A stretch of DNA of 64,000 nucleotides from an uncultured Pseudomonadota bacterium (GCA_937868185.1 CALMMG010000176.1:35-64034), one strand, 5' to 3'. Shown: positions 50,059 to 60,184, numbered from the stretch's first letter. Numbers and translations are program-made. Notes: generated by a model not told the origin, from the letters alone.

Positions 50059-50508
50059 ATGAAGAAAAAGACGATTTTTTCGATCAGTTTTCTGGCGTTT
50101 GTTCTGCTGCTGGCCGTTGTTGCTTATGGTGCGGAAATGGCTGGCAAATGCTCCTTGTGCGGGATGAATTTCGCAGGCAACGAGAACACCGCCTATGAAA
50201 TCACCATGAAGGACGGCAAGCAGGCAACCTATTGTTGTCCCCACTGCGGACTGTATGTTCACGCCACGGAAACCGCGAAGGTGAAAACGGCCCGCGCCCG
50301 GGATTTCATCAGCGGCGAGTGGATGAATCCGGCCGAAATGACTTTTCTCTTTAAGAGCAGTGCTGTACCCGCCTGTGCTCCGAGTTGGATAGCCTTTGGC
50401 AAAAAGGATGAGGCGGAAAAGTTTCAGAAGGGGTTCGGCGGCACCATCTACACCTTTGATGAGGCGCTCAAGGAAAGAGCCAAGATGCCCAAAGGCATGC
50501 AAATGTAG
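50059..50508 (+). CDS. NosL-family periplasmic protein
   Basis: Signal peptide, CSLCGM, YCCPHCG, DFISGEW, AEKFQKGFGG. Confidence 0.8.
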   Translation: MKKKTIFSISFLAFVLLLAVVAYGAEMAGKCSLCGMNFAGNENTAYEITMKDGKQATYCCPHCGLYVHATETAKVKTARARDFISGEWMNPAEMTFLFKSSAVPACAPSWIAFGKKDEAEKFQKGFGGTIYTFDEALKERAKMPKGMQM

Positions 50509-50640
50509 AGAGTGGTTGTGGGATTACCGGAAGCCCAGGCGGCACCTGAACAGCCTTCCGGTTGAATCGTGAATCACACCGGGAAAAATGACTGTTGGAC
50601 TGGCAAGACGCTCTTTTCGTTACTGGAGATAAAAGATATT

Positions 50641-51069
50641 ATGCTACGCAATGGTAGGCGTATCTGGTTGTTTTTCCTGGTTTTCATGCTGATTGGAGTC
50701 CCTTTGCTTTTCGCGGCATCTCCCCGGCCGGAGTGCAAAATCTGTGGAATGTGGATCGACCAGTACCGCCACACCAGACATGCCTTTACCTCCAAGGAGG
50801 GGAGTCAGGTCATGTTTTGCAGCCTGACCTGTGCGGCCCGGTATCTGAAAAGCCACGGGACAGAGATGAAGCTGCTGCAGGTTGCCGATTATCTCAGCAC
50901 CGAACTGATCGATACGACCCAAGCCGTCTATCTGGCAGGAAGCGATGCCCCCCCGGTGATGAGCAACACCAGTATCATCGCCTTTTCTAGCAGAGCGCGG
51001 GCGGAAAAATTCCAGAAAGAACATGGGGGCCGCATCCTGACCTACCACCAGGCCCTGACCCTAGAGTAA
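50641..51069 (+). CDS. NosL-family periplasmic protein
   Basis: Signal peptide, CKICGM, FCSLTCA, GSDAPPVM, AEKFQKEHGG. Confidence 0.8.
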   Translation: MLRNGRRIWLFFLVFMLIGVPLLFAASPRPECKICGMWIDQYRHTRHAFTSKEGSQVMFCSLTCAARYLKSHGTEMKLLQVADYLSTELIDTTQAVYLAGSDAPPVMSNTSIIAFSSRARAEKFQKEHGGRILTYHQALTLE

Positions 51070-51131
51070 AAATAATACAGCAGATAAGCGGCTCTCAAAA
51101 GTGAACGTTTGACAGGGAATGGAAGCGGTGG

Positions 51132-51527
51132 TCATTCTCCCTTAGAATCAAGAGCAAGAAGCCATCTTTCACCTTTCTCGTAGTCCCTGAATACCATGAG
51201 TTTTTGAGAAATTGTTTCATTTTCCGATAATGCTTCAAACATGCGGCTCATCCCGTATTCCAGGTCACTGGATGCAATGAGAGCCACCTTCACATGCTCT
51301 CGTTCGCGATGTTGCTCGCGCCTCTCCAGGATTTTTTTAAAAAAAGTTCTATCGGCACTTTGAAGATCTGCTTTTCTTAGATCCCACAGGGCCGAGACAT
51401 TCGGCGGATATTCAGGGGAGTGCGTAATTCTCTGAATTGTAGCGACATATTCTTCAAGTGACAATGGCCCAACTACAGTTAGATAAAGGATCTTTTTTTG
51501 AGGGTTGTATGTGAGAGTGACCGGCAT
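51132..51527 (-). CDS. Hypothetical protein, STAS/SpoIIAA-like
   Basis: LWDLR, KVALIA...YGMSRMFE, VFRDYEKGERWL pattern; GAGG SD. Confidence 0.7.
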   Translation of the reverse strand: MPVTLTYNPQKKILYLTVVGPLSLEEYVATIQRITHSPEYPPNVSALWDLRKADLQSADRTFFKKILERREQHREREHVKVALIASSDLEYGMSRMFEALSENETISQKLMVFRDYEKGERWLLALDSKGE

Positions 51528-51609
51528 GGAGACCTCTTTGATTTATTTTTGTATATGATTATGAGGTGAGGATCCATCTTGGCCAAGGACTTTCTTTGGG
51601 AAAAAACGC

Positions 51610-52455
51610 TCACTCAGTCAGCTCCATAATCTTTAAGTGCCGCAGTTCGGCCAGGCTGAAAACCGGGCCGTCCACGCAGGCCAGTTTGCCGTCCATGTGG
51701 CAATGACGGCAGATACCCACCCCGCATTTCATGTGGCGCTCCATGGTGGTGAGCACCTGATGGTCACTAAAGCCCATACTGGTCAGTCTGCCGAGCACTG
51801 CCTTAAACATCAGGGGCGGGCCGCAGATTAGGGCGGTGCTGCGGCTCAGATTCGGGGCTATGCCGTCCAGCAGGGCGGTGACTAGTCCTACCGAACCAGT
51901 CCAACCTGTTTGCGTCGCATCCACGGTGAGGCGGCAATCCACTCCTTTTTCTCGCCACAGTTCAAGATCACCTTGAAAGGCGATATCCGAGGGGGTGCGG
52001 CTTCCGTAGAGTACGGTGAATGCCCCGTATCGTTCCCGCTGGTCCAGGCAGGTGTTGAGTACTCCCTTAAGCGGCGCAAGACCGATACCGCCCGCCACGA
52101 ACAACAGGTCCTGGCCCGTAAGCTGCTCCATGGGAAAGGGACGTCCGTACGGGCCGCGCAATCCGATGGTGTCGCTGACCTGTAGTCCGTGCATGGCGGT
52201 GGTGAGCTTTCCGGCTCGGCGGACGCTGAGGTGGATACACCCAGGTCGGGTGGCTGTGGAGGAAATGGAGATTGGTGCCTCTCCGCAATGGGGCATGGAG
52301 ACCATCATGAACTGGCCGGGTTGGTAGCGAAAGGCGTTGTTGTAACCTCGGTCACTGAAGGCGAGGACAAAGGTGGAGATTTGGGAGTTTTCGACTATGA
52401 TCTGCTCCACCCGTGCCTGCCTGGGCAGATAGATATCGGTGATGGTCTGGGGCAT
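51610..52455 (-). CDS. FAD/NAD(P)-binding [2Fe-2S] subunit (AsrB/HydG/FlxA-like)
   Basis: PGQF, RGPYGRPF, AGGIGLAP, CGPPLM, ERHMKCGVGICRHC, CVDGPVF. Confidence 0.9.
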   Translation of the reverse strand: MPQTITDIYLPRQARVEQIIVENSQISTFVLAFSDRGYNNAFRYQPGQFMMVSMPHCGEAPISISSTATRPGCIHLSVRRAGKLTTAMHGLQVSDTIGLRGPYGRPFPMEQLTGQDLLFVAGGIGLAPLKGVLNTCLDQRERYGAFTVLYGSRTPSDIAFQGDLELWREKGVDCRLTVDATQTGWTGSVGLVTALLDGIAPNLSRSTALICGPPLMFKAVLGRLTSMGFSDHQVLTTMERHMKCGVGICRHCHMDGKLACVDGPVFSLAELRHLKIMELTE

Positions 52456-52479
52456 GGTATTTTCCGGTTGAGTTGATGG

Positions 52480-53541
52480 TTACAGGCTGCCCTGGCAGGC
52501 CCGCTCCACGAAACGGACGATATCGGTGCTACCGAAGCAGATCCCCACGCAACGGCCGCATCCCACACAGCTCGGGCGGCCATTGCGGCGCACATCGTCG
52601 CGGAGCTTGTGCGTAAAGCGCTGGCGGATGGCACCGGTTTTGGCCTGTACCGGGTTGTGGCCGCCGGCCATACCGGTGAAGCCGGCAAAGGTGCAGGCAT
52701 CCCAGCTCCGCAGCCGTTGGCCGCTGGTGGCGTCCAGCCGCTGGTCGCTGATGGTGAAGCAGGTGCAGGTGGGGCAGAGATAGGCGCAGCCGCCGCAATC
52801 CTGGCAGCGCAGCGACAGCTCTGCCCAGACCTCTTCCGGCACGGTGCCCGCCTCCAGTCGCCGGATGGCCTGTTCCACATGCACCTGGCGGCTGAAGCGG
52901 CCGCGTGCTTCCAAGAATGTTTGGTAGTGGGCGTCGCGCTCCTTGTCGGTGGAGGGGGAGAAAAAGCCCTGCCAGCGCTCGATCAGGGAATGACCCGAGG
53001 TCCGGCCGGCCTCCACCAGAAAGCGGTCGCCCAGATCGGTGAGCTGCAGGTCGCTGCCTATCTCCAAAAAAGGGCCGGAGCCGGTGGCGTTGCAGAAACA
53101 GTTCGGGGCAGGGGAGTTGCAGTTGATCCCGATGAGCACCGAGCCCTGGCGGCGGCGGAGGTAGAAGGAATCGCGTTGCTGGCGGGAGAAGACCACATCC
53201 ATGTAGAGCACGGCGGAGAGATCACAAGGATGCACCCCGAAATAGACGGTGGGCGGGATGGCTGCCTGAGTGGGCTGGAAATCATAGCCTTCCGGGGTGA
53301 TGGTATAGGTGGAGAGCTGCTCCTGCTGGGGCAGAAAGAACTGTTTGAGTGAATTCTGCGGCGGCTCGCTCAGCTCGATTTCCATTGTATCCAGGTCGTC
53401 GATCACTGTGAACAGCACATCGCCGTGGCGGTTTCGTTCCGGCGCCACCAGGCGGTACTCCTTGGCCAGTTTGCGCAGGAAGCCCTTCAGGTGATCCTTT
53501 TTCAGAAGATGGCTGGAGGTGGTGGCGGATGTGTGGGGCAT
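52480..53541 (-). CDS. Fe-S subunit (AsrA/HydB/FlxB-like)
   Basis: HPCD, CFC, CQDCGGCAYLCPTCTCF, WDAC, RFTHKL, CVGCGRCVGIC. Confidence 0.9.
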   Translation of the reverse strand: MPHTSATTSSHLLKKDHLKGFLRKLAKEYRLVAPERNRHGDVLFTVIDDLDTMEIELSEPPQNSLKQFFLPQQEQLSTYTITPEGYDFQPTQAAIPPTVYFGVHPCDLSAVLYMDVVFSRQQRDSFYLRRRQGSVLIGINCNSPAPNCFCNATGSGPFLEIGSDLQLTDLGDRFLVEAGRTSGHSLIERWQGFFSPSTDKERDAHYQTFLEARGRFSRQVHVEQAIRRLEAGTVPEEVWAELSLRCQDCGGCAYLCPTCTCFTISDQRLDATSGQRLRSWDACTFAGFTGMAGGHNPVQAKTGAIRQRFTHKLRDDVRRNGRPSCVGCGRCVGICFGSTDIVRFVERACQGSL

Positions 53542-53567
53542 GGGTATTCCTTTTCTCTTACTTTCGC

Positions 53568-55610
53568 TCAGGGGCTGATCTTTTCCACCCGCACTGCGCA
53601 GACCTTGTATTCGGGGCAGCCAGAGCCGGTGTCAAAGGCATCGTTGGTGAGCAGGTTGATGGGCGCTTCGTGGAAATGGAAGGTGGTGTAGACCATGCCC
53701 AAGGCTACCTGATCGCTGATGGATGCGGCCAGGGTAATTTCTCCGCGCTGGGAGGACAGCCGTAGCGTTTCGCCCTGGCGCAGGCCGAGGAGCTTGGCAT
53801 CCTCCGGGTTGATCTGGAGTACTGCGTGGTCACACTCCCTGTTCAGCCGTTCGCTTTTGCGACTCATGGTACCGGTGTGGTAGTGGTGGTAGATCCGGCC
53901 GGTTATCAGTAGCAACGGGTATTCCGGGTCTGGCAACTCGTCGGGCGGGGTGTGGCTGGCTGGCATGAAATGGCCCCGTCCGCGGGTAAAGTAATACTTG
54001 TGCAGGAAGGGGGTGCCCGGGTGGCTCCGGTCCCAGCAGGGCCATTGTAATCCCCAGCCTTGCTCCAACCGGTCGTGGTGCATGCCGCCGTAGATGGGGG
54101 AGAGCAGGGCGATCTCCTCCATGACCTCGGCGCTGGAATCGTATTCCATGCAATAACCCAAGCGGCTGGAAAGCTCGATAATGATCTCGCTGTCGGCCCG
54201 GCACTGGCCTGGAGGAGCCACGGCCTGGCGCACCATCTGTACCCGGCGCTCCGAGTTGGTGAAGGTCCCGATCTTTTCGGCAAAGCAGGCGGCCGGGAAA
54301 ACCACCTGGGCCATTCGCGCCGTCTCGGTGAGGAAGATATCGCTCACTACCAGGAAATCCAGGCCGCGCAGGGTTTCTTCCACCTTGTTCAGGGTGGGAT
54401 CGCTGAGCATGGGGTTTTCGCCCATGATGTACATGGCTCGGATCGACCCTTGCCCGCCACCGTGGGTCATCTCAACCAAGGTTTTTCCCGGGGCCTCCGG
54501 TAGAGTCATTCCCCAGGCCCGTTCGAATTTTTCCCGATAATCCTGGTTGGCCACAGCCTGGTAGCTGGGCAGCATGTTGGGCAGCGCCCCCATATCGCAG
54601 GCGCCCTGCACGTTGTTTTGGCCCCGGAGCGGATCGACCCCGGTGTCTTCCTTTTCGATATGCCCGGCCAGCATGGCCAGATTGGCGATGGTTTGCACGT
54701 TTTCGGTGCCGCAGACATGCTGGGTGACGCCCAGGCAGTAGCAGACCACCGCCTTGCGGGCTCGGCCATAGAGCTGGGCCGCCTGGCTGATCAGGGGCAG
54801 AGGCACTCCGGTAAGTCCGGCGGTTGCTTCAAGATCCAGGCGGTTGAGCATGTCACGCAGGGCCAGGAAGTTTTCGGTGCGCATCTCGATGAACAGGTCG
54901 TCAGCCAACCCCTCGTCTAGCAGTACCCGCATCATGGCGTTGAGCAGGGGGATGTCGGTGCCGGGCCGCAGGGCTAGGTGGAGATGGCTGCACTCGGCCA
55001 GACGGGTGCGGCGCGGGTCGATGACGATCAGCCTGGCACCGCGATCCACCGCATCCAGTATGCGGCGGGCCACCTGGGGGTGGGCCTCGGTGGTGTTGGA
55101 GCCGGAAACCAGGATCACCTCCGCATTTTCGATCTCGTTGATGGAGTTGGTCATGGCCCCGCTGCCGAAGGTGGTGGCAAGACCTGCCACCGTGGGCGCG
55201 TGTCAGAGTCGGGCGCAGTGGTCCACGTTGTTGGTATTCAGCGCGGTGCGGGCGAACTTTTGCAGCAGGTAGTTTTCCTCGTTGGTGCATTTGGCCGAGG
55301 CCAACACGCCGATGGCCTTGCCCCCGTGCTGGTCGCGGATGCGGCCAAGTTCTTGCGCGGTAAAATCGAGGGTCTCTTCCCAGGTGGCTGGGGTGAGAAC
55401 GCCATTTTTTCGGATCAGCGGGGTGGTGAGCCGGTCGGGATGGTTGATGGATTCGTGGATGTGCCAGCCCTTGACGCAGAGATTGTCTCGGGAGACCGGG
55501 TGATGCCTACTGGGCTGGCTGCCGCAGACTTGGCCATCCTCCACGTGCAGATACAGGCCGCAGCCGCAGCCGCAGTAAACACAGGTGGTCAGCACATCAT
55601 ACATTGCCAT
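53568..55610 (-). CDS. fdhF: Cytoplasmic formate dehydrogenase alpha subunit (680 aa), selenoprotein; Sec UGA at 55203-55205
   Basis: CVYCGCGC...LCVKG, DHCARL-UGA-HAPTVAGL, PLRGQNNVQGACDMG; the two ORF halves are in frame; CAGGAG SD; no signal peptide. Confidence 0.93.
55173..55191 (-). promoter_or_regulatory. SECIS hairpin of fdhF
   Basis: Minus strand GGTGGCA-GGTCT-TGCCACC, 11 nt after the UGA; closely resembles the E. coli fdhF SECIS. Confidence 0.8.
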
Positions 55611-55777
55611 TTCTCCTGTTTGTTGGAGGTCGGGACACGGATGCGTCCGGTCAGCCTGCACCAATTGTAGCAGAGAAACAGCGGGGGAGCCTAAGGGATA
55701 ATGTCTTGGGTGCTTGTAGCAGGGGAGAGTCAGCCTGGCTGTCGGTTCAGCATGGGAGGTCTGCTGTGCCGGGATGG

Positions 55778-56290
55778 TTATTCATTGTCTGGTTTGTCGT
55801 CGCATCGTCGTTTAAAAGGGAGATGCGGCGGGTGCACCCCTTCGCGCAGCATGAGGAAGCTGGTTTCGAGAAGTTCGACCCCGGTCAGCACCCCAACCGT
55901 AAGCACGGCCAAGACCACGCCGGCATGCTCATAACCTAGGCCGATGACTGAGCCGATGGCAGCCAGCATCCAGATTACCGCCGCCGAGGTTACACCCTGC
56001 AACAGGCCCTCCTTGGCCATGATCACGCCCGCGCCGAGAAAGCCAATACCGGTGACCACCTGACCCACCACCCGGCTGGGGTCAGTGCCCGTGTCCGCGG
56101 TGATCAGAGCGCCCAAGGCGACAAAGACCTCGGTGCCGAGGCAGATGAGGATGCTGGTGCGGATGCCCGCCGGTTTGCCGCGCAGCTGGCGCTCCAGGCC
56201 GATGATGCCGCCGCAGACAATGGCCACGCCGATGCGTTGCCAGAAGATCGGGGTGTACGGGTCGAACACGGGCATGGCGAAAGGCTCCAT
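55778..56290 (-). CDS. MgtC/SapB family membrane protein
   Basis: IGLERQ...KPAGIRT, DPSRVVGQVVTGIGFLGAG, GVTSAAVIW. Confidence 0.92.
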   Translation of the reverse strand: MEPFAMPVFDPYTPIFWQRIGVAIVCGGIIGLERQLRGKPAGIRTSILICLGTEVFVALGALITADTGTDPSRVVGQVVTGIGFLGAGVIMAKEGLLQGVTSAAVIWMLAAIGSVIGLGYEHAGVVLAVLTVGVLTGVELLETSFLMLREGVHPPHLPFKRRCDDKPDNE

Positions 56291-56372
56291 TGGGAGTATT
56301 GCAGTGAAGTTCCCCCCGTGGGGGAAAAGTAGTATTGTTCTTATATTAATTTATTGCTGAAATCGCAATGTG

Positions 56373-56723
56373 TCAATCGGGCTCATGCTCCGGCAAGCCC
56401 CGAATGCTGAAAAGCGGATCGTTAATCGCCTCGTTGCGGCAGACCGGACATTTTCCGGGCGACGTCATCCGGTCGCGCTTGGCAAAAACGAAACCACAGC
56501 TCCGGCATTCGGGCGGGGTTACCTCAAGCACCGCGCCAGTGGCGTGCAGGCTGCGGCGGATATGCTCGAGATGGGAGCATACCTCTTTTTCGGGGAGGTG
56601 AACTGCCACCGAAATATCCTTGGCCGAGACGGGCCCTTCGCCGAGAAGGGTCATAATGGCATGTCGGGCTGTGTTCTGGGCCGTGCGGGGAGCCACCGGT
56701 TTTTTCTTTCTGACACTTTTCAT
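56373..56723 (-). CDS. HTH plus Zn-ribbon putative transcriptional regulator
   Basis: SAKDIS...EKEVCSHLEHI, PPECRSCGF...CPVC. Confidence 0.8.
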   Translation of the reverse strand: MKSVRKKKPVAPRTAQNTARHAIMTLLGEGPVSAKDISVAVHLPEKEVCSHLEHIRRSLHATGAVLEVTPPECRSCGFVFAKRDRMTSPGKCPVCRNEAINDPLFSIRGLPEHEPD

Positions 56724-56820
56724 GAATTTGAGTGTACGTCACGCAAACAACAACGTCCTCTTTTTTTTTGAAAGTGGTATAATCATTTTTCATAAAATCC
56801 CAATAAGAGGAGATCCAAAT

Positions 56821-57285
56821 ATGAAACGTTTTCTTATTGCAGCGGCGATTGCCGCTGCCACCATAGCTAGCCCGGCACTCGCTGCCGACGTTGGTGTTTC
56901 GGTCAGTATAGGCCAACCCGGTTTTTATGGCCACCTTGACATCGGTGACTTCCCGCAGCCACGAGTGATCTACCGTCGTCCGATCGTCGTTGAGCGCGGG
57001 GTACGGATGGACCGACCGCCGATATATCTGCGCGTCCCACCGGGCCATGCGAAACATTGGAGCAAGCATTGTCGCGAGTACAACGCCTGCGGCGAGCGGG
57101 TTTTCTTTGTCCATGACGACTGGTACGAGCAGGAGTATGTTCCGCGTTATCAGGAAAGACATGGTGATCGCCGAGATGACCGCAGGGATGATCGTCGGGA
57201 TGAGCGCCGTGACGAGGGCAGGAATGATGATCGTGGCAACGGCAAAGGTCACGATAAAGGTCGCGGCCACGGTGGTGATCGTTAA
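56821..57285 (+). CDS. Secreted hypothetical protein with a low-complexity DDRR/GHG tail
   Basis: GAGGAG SD, signal peptide (PALA), VGVSVSIGQPGFYG, YLRVPPGHAKHW. Confidence 0.8.
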   Translation: MKRFLIAAAIAAATIASPALAADVGVSVSIGQPGFYGHLDIGDFPQPRVIYRRPIVVERGVRMDRPPIYLRVPPGHAKHWSKHCREYNACGERVFFVHDDWYEQEYVPRYQERHGDRRDDRRDDRRDERRDEGRNDDRGNGKGHDKGRGHGGDR

Positions 57286-57372
57286 CGCATTGGTGTAATC
57301 CTTTCCCTGCTCAGGCCTGTTACTTCTCTCTTGATGCGGCCTTGAGCGGGGAATTTTTATGTAGCCGTTATA

Positions 57373-58626
57373 ATGGAAAATCAAGTGAGTTCGTCCGCTG
57401 CAAGCGCTCAGCCGCCCGCTGAGAAAACCGCCTTCATCATCCTGATCATCATCAGTGTCTGCCATCTGCTCAACGACATGATGCAGACCCTGTTGTCCGC
57501 GATCTATCCGCTGCTCCAGAGCAACTATGGCCTGAGCTTTGCCCAGATCGGCATGATCACCCTTACCTTCCAGGGCACAGCCTCGATCCTCCAGCCCATG
57601 GTCGGTTTTTTCATCGACCGCAATCCCCGGCCCTATTCCCTTGCCATGGGCATGGGCTTAACCCTCACCGGGTTGGTGCTGTTTTCCCAGGCCGGGAGTT
57701 ATCCGGTGCTCTTGCTGGCCGCCGCCTTGGTGGGCACCGGCTCGTCGGTGTTTCATCCCGAATCTTCACGGGTGGCGCGGATGGCTTCCGGGGGGCGGCA
57801 CGGCCTGGCGCAGTCGCTGTTTCAGGTGGGGGGCAATGCCGGTTCGGCCATCGGCCCCTTGCTGGCCGCGCTCATCGTCTTGCGTCACGGGCAAACAAGT
57901 CTGGCCTGGTTTTCCCTCGCGGCCCTGCTGGGCATCTATCTTCTGATTCGGGTCGGTCACTGGTACAAGGTCCATGGACTGATGCGACTTATGTCCCGCG
58001 ATGCCACCGCGGTGTCCCAGATGGAACTGCCCTGCGGTAGGGTGGCGCTTACTCTGGCAGTACTGCTTGCCTTGATGTTCTCCAAGTTTTTTTACATGGC
58101 CAGTATCTCCAGCTACTACATCTTTTATTTGATGGATAGGTTCCATCTCCCTGTGCAGAGTGCGCAGCTCCATCTCTTTGTCTTTTTCGGCGCGGTGGCG
58201 ACCGGCACCCTGGTCGGCGGGCCGATTGGCGATCGCTTTGGCCGCAAGGTGGTGATTTGGGTCTCGATTCTGGGGGTGCTGCCCTTTACCCTGGCCCTCC
58301 CGTATGCCAACCTGTTCTGGACTGGGGTGCTCAGCGTATTCATCGGGGTGATTCTTGCCTCCGCCTTTCCGGCCATAGTGGTCTATGCCCAGGAGCTGCT
58401 CCCGGCCAGGGTCGGCATGGTGGCCGGGATGTCGTTTGGTTTTGCCTTCGGCATGGGAGGGATCGGGGCTGCGGTGCTCGGGCATCTTGCCGATGCAACC
58501 AGCCTTGGCTACGTGTATCACCTCTGCTCGTATCTGCCGGCTATAGGTTTCTTTGCTATTTTCCTGCCCCCATTGGAAACGGAAACCAGGCAACGGAGGC
58601 GATTGGCTCGTGGTGGGGTGCAGTGA
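57373..58626 (+). CDS. fsr: MFS transporter, fosmidomycin-resistance family
   Basis: HLLND, ASILQP, FHPESSRVARMASGGRHGLAQSLFQVGGNAGS, GDRFGRK. Confidence 0.9.
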   Translation: MENQVSSSAASAQPPAEKTAFIILIIISVCHLLNDMMQTLLSAIYPLLQSNYGLSFAQIGMITLTFQGTASILQPMVGFFIDRNPRPYSLAMGMGLTLTGLVLFSQAGSYPVLLLAAALVGTGSSVFHPESSRVARMASGGRHGLAQSLFQVGGNAGSAIGPLLAALIVLRHGQTSLAWFSLAALLGIYLLIRVGHWYKVHGLMRLMSRDATAVSQMELPCGRVALTLAVLLALMFSKFFYMASISSYYIFYLMDRFHLPVQSAQLHLFVFFGAVATGTLVGGPIGDRFGRKVVIWVSILGVLPFTLALPYANLFWTGVLSVFIGVILASAFPAIVVYAQELLPARVGMVAGMSFGFAFGMGGIGAAVLGHLADATSLGYVYHLCSYLPAIGFFAIFLPPLETETRQRRRLARGGVQ

Positions 58627-58727
58627 TTATTGCGGGGCGGGGAGTAACAGTTGCCAAGCAGATTTCTTGCAAAGAAGAGTCGTAACCGCTATCGGGTTAT
58701 TTTCTTGGCAGTATTGGGCATCGCTGG

Positions 58728-58934
58728 TTAGTCGCGAAAGATGAAGAGTCCGACACACAGTGCACAGCCGATACCATAAAGCAACCACGTTTGCGAAACG
58801 AAATATGGGTACACCATCAGCGTCGCGCCAATGGCCATTGGCGTCCAGAGCATATCTTTTTTTCCGTATCGAAAAGCCACAAAGCCGATGGTGCCGAAGA
58901 TGAGCGCGGCAAAAAGCACGGCAGGTGTTGGCAT
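58728..58934 (-). CDS. Small membrane hypothetical protein
   Basis: AGGAG SD; FGTIGF..FRYGKK and LMVYPYF; three short hydrophobic segments. Confidence 0.75.
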   Translation of the reverse strand: MPTPAVLFAALIFGTIGFVAFRYGKKDMLWTPMAIGATLMVYPYFVSQTWLLYGIGCALCVGLFIFRD

Positions 58935-59018
58935 GGCGGGTCATCTCCTGGTCTCGGTATTTTACAATGGCGCTTTGCCGGAGTTCACGTTGATGACGAA
59001 CATGAGTCGTTTTGTGTG

Positions 59019-59456
59019 TTAGAGCTTGTTGCGCAGATCAACCATGAGAAGGGGGTGGGGGTTCGTTTGGGCAGACTCACGGGTGAAATTCTCTTCCAGG
59101 CCGGTTTTTAAAGTGGTCAGGAGCGCCTTGGTCGCTTCAATAAATTCAGCAACATGTCCAATCCTGTTGATGGTGGCATGCAGGACAATCTTTTCGGGGT
59201 AAGGGGGATACCCGGTGGTTACGGTCCAGGCTAAGGCGTTCGGGCAGTCCGGTACGGAAAAACGAACCCCGCCCATAACATCTTCCTGTCGAAGGTGAAA
59301 CCTCCCCCAGTGGCGGAAGTAAATGACCCTCCCCAACTCCTCTGCTGCATCCACCTCCTCAATATCCTCGCAAAACAAAGGGAGAGTGTCGATGGAGACC
59401 TTGTTTCTGATCTCCTCCAAGGTTGTCATGACGTTGGCGAACTCGAAAAATTCCAT
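59019..59456 (-). CDS. Conserved hypothetical protein downstream of the DsrE-family gene
   Basis: WGRF...GGVRFSVPDCPNALAWTVTTG...HATINR; globular composition. Confidence 0.75.
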   Translation of the reverse strand: MEFFEFANVMTTLEEIRNKVSIDTLPLFCEDIEEVDAAEELGRVIYFRHWGRFHLRQEDVMGGVRFSVPDCPNALAWTVTTGYPPYPEKIVLHATINRIGHVAEFIEATKALLTTLKTGLEENFTRESAQTNPHPLLMVDLRNKL

Positions 59457-59551
59457 AAGAAAATTTTTGCGTTGAGTTTTGAGCCAAAATGACTCACGCC
59501 ATTTTGGCTCATCATTTTTCCCCCGCTTTATTTTCCAAGCAGGGAAGAAAT

Positions 59552-59911
59552 TTAAAGACTGATAACCGTTGCATCACACGAAAGAGTAATAAGCTCGGCG
59601 GCTGTCGCTAACCTGGCTCCATCAATTAGATCCTGCTCGGTAATTTGTCTTGCCTTGGCGCAAGGCGTACATGCTAGAATGGGGACTTCATTGGCCTGTA
59701 AATATGTCATCAGATCATCGGCTATATCACCGGTTGCCGCACGCAGATGAGCTATAAGCCCTTGTTTCGCCAAATAAACAGCCTCGTCCAGCAAGAACAG
59801 GGTCGTTTTTTTTCCTTGCTTGTGCGCTATTGTGGCAAGGTGGATAGCCCGTGTCGCCCGGTTCGGATTATCTGTCCCACAGGAAACAATTACTACAACA
59901 TTGTTGGTCAT
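59552..59911 (-). CDS. DsrE/DsrF-like sulfur-relay or peroxiredoxin-type protein
   Basis: NPNRA, LFLLDEAVY, ACTPCAKAR; GGAGG SD. Confidence 0.85.
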   Translation of the reverse strand: MTNNVVVIVSCGTDNPNRATRAIHLATIAHKQGKKTTLFLLDEAVYLAKQGLIAHLRAATGDIADDLMTYLQANEVPILACTPCAKARQITEQDLIDGARLATAAELITLSCDATVISL

Positions 59912-60184
59912 TTTGAACCCTCCATATCATGAAAAATAATTCAATAGGACAATTCCCATAGTTTTGTCATTGTCGTTTATTTCCAACGGGCTGGATTAAG
60001 GAGCTTTTCCGCCAGTGACTGCAATGCTTGCCAAATACAAATGTCGAATTATGGCAACTTTTGCACAACGTATACTGGCTGAATCCGCAAAAAGAGCAGG
60101 CCTGTGATTTTTTTTGGGAGCTGTTTCCCGCATTATTGGCACTGGCCTTTCATTATCCTCCTGAGTCTATTGTCTTGTCCGGAA

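Noticed and set aside
51610-53541. Anaerobic sulfite reductase or sulfhydrogenase
   Set aside because: No AsrC siroheme subunit and no NiFe large or small subunit; the adjacent catalytic gene is fdhF.
41902-55610. Four split genes read as pseudogenes or separate subunits
   Set aside because: Every break is a single in-frame UGA at a conserved Cys/Sec position with a downstream hairpin and no frameshift, so Sec recoding is the simpler explanation.
57160-57285. Short tandem repeats as CRISPR or contingency locus
   Set aside because: Degenerate 12-bp units encode a DDRR low-complexity tail; there are no spacers or cas genes.
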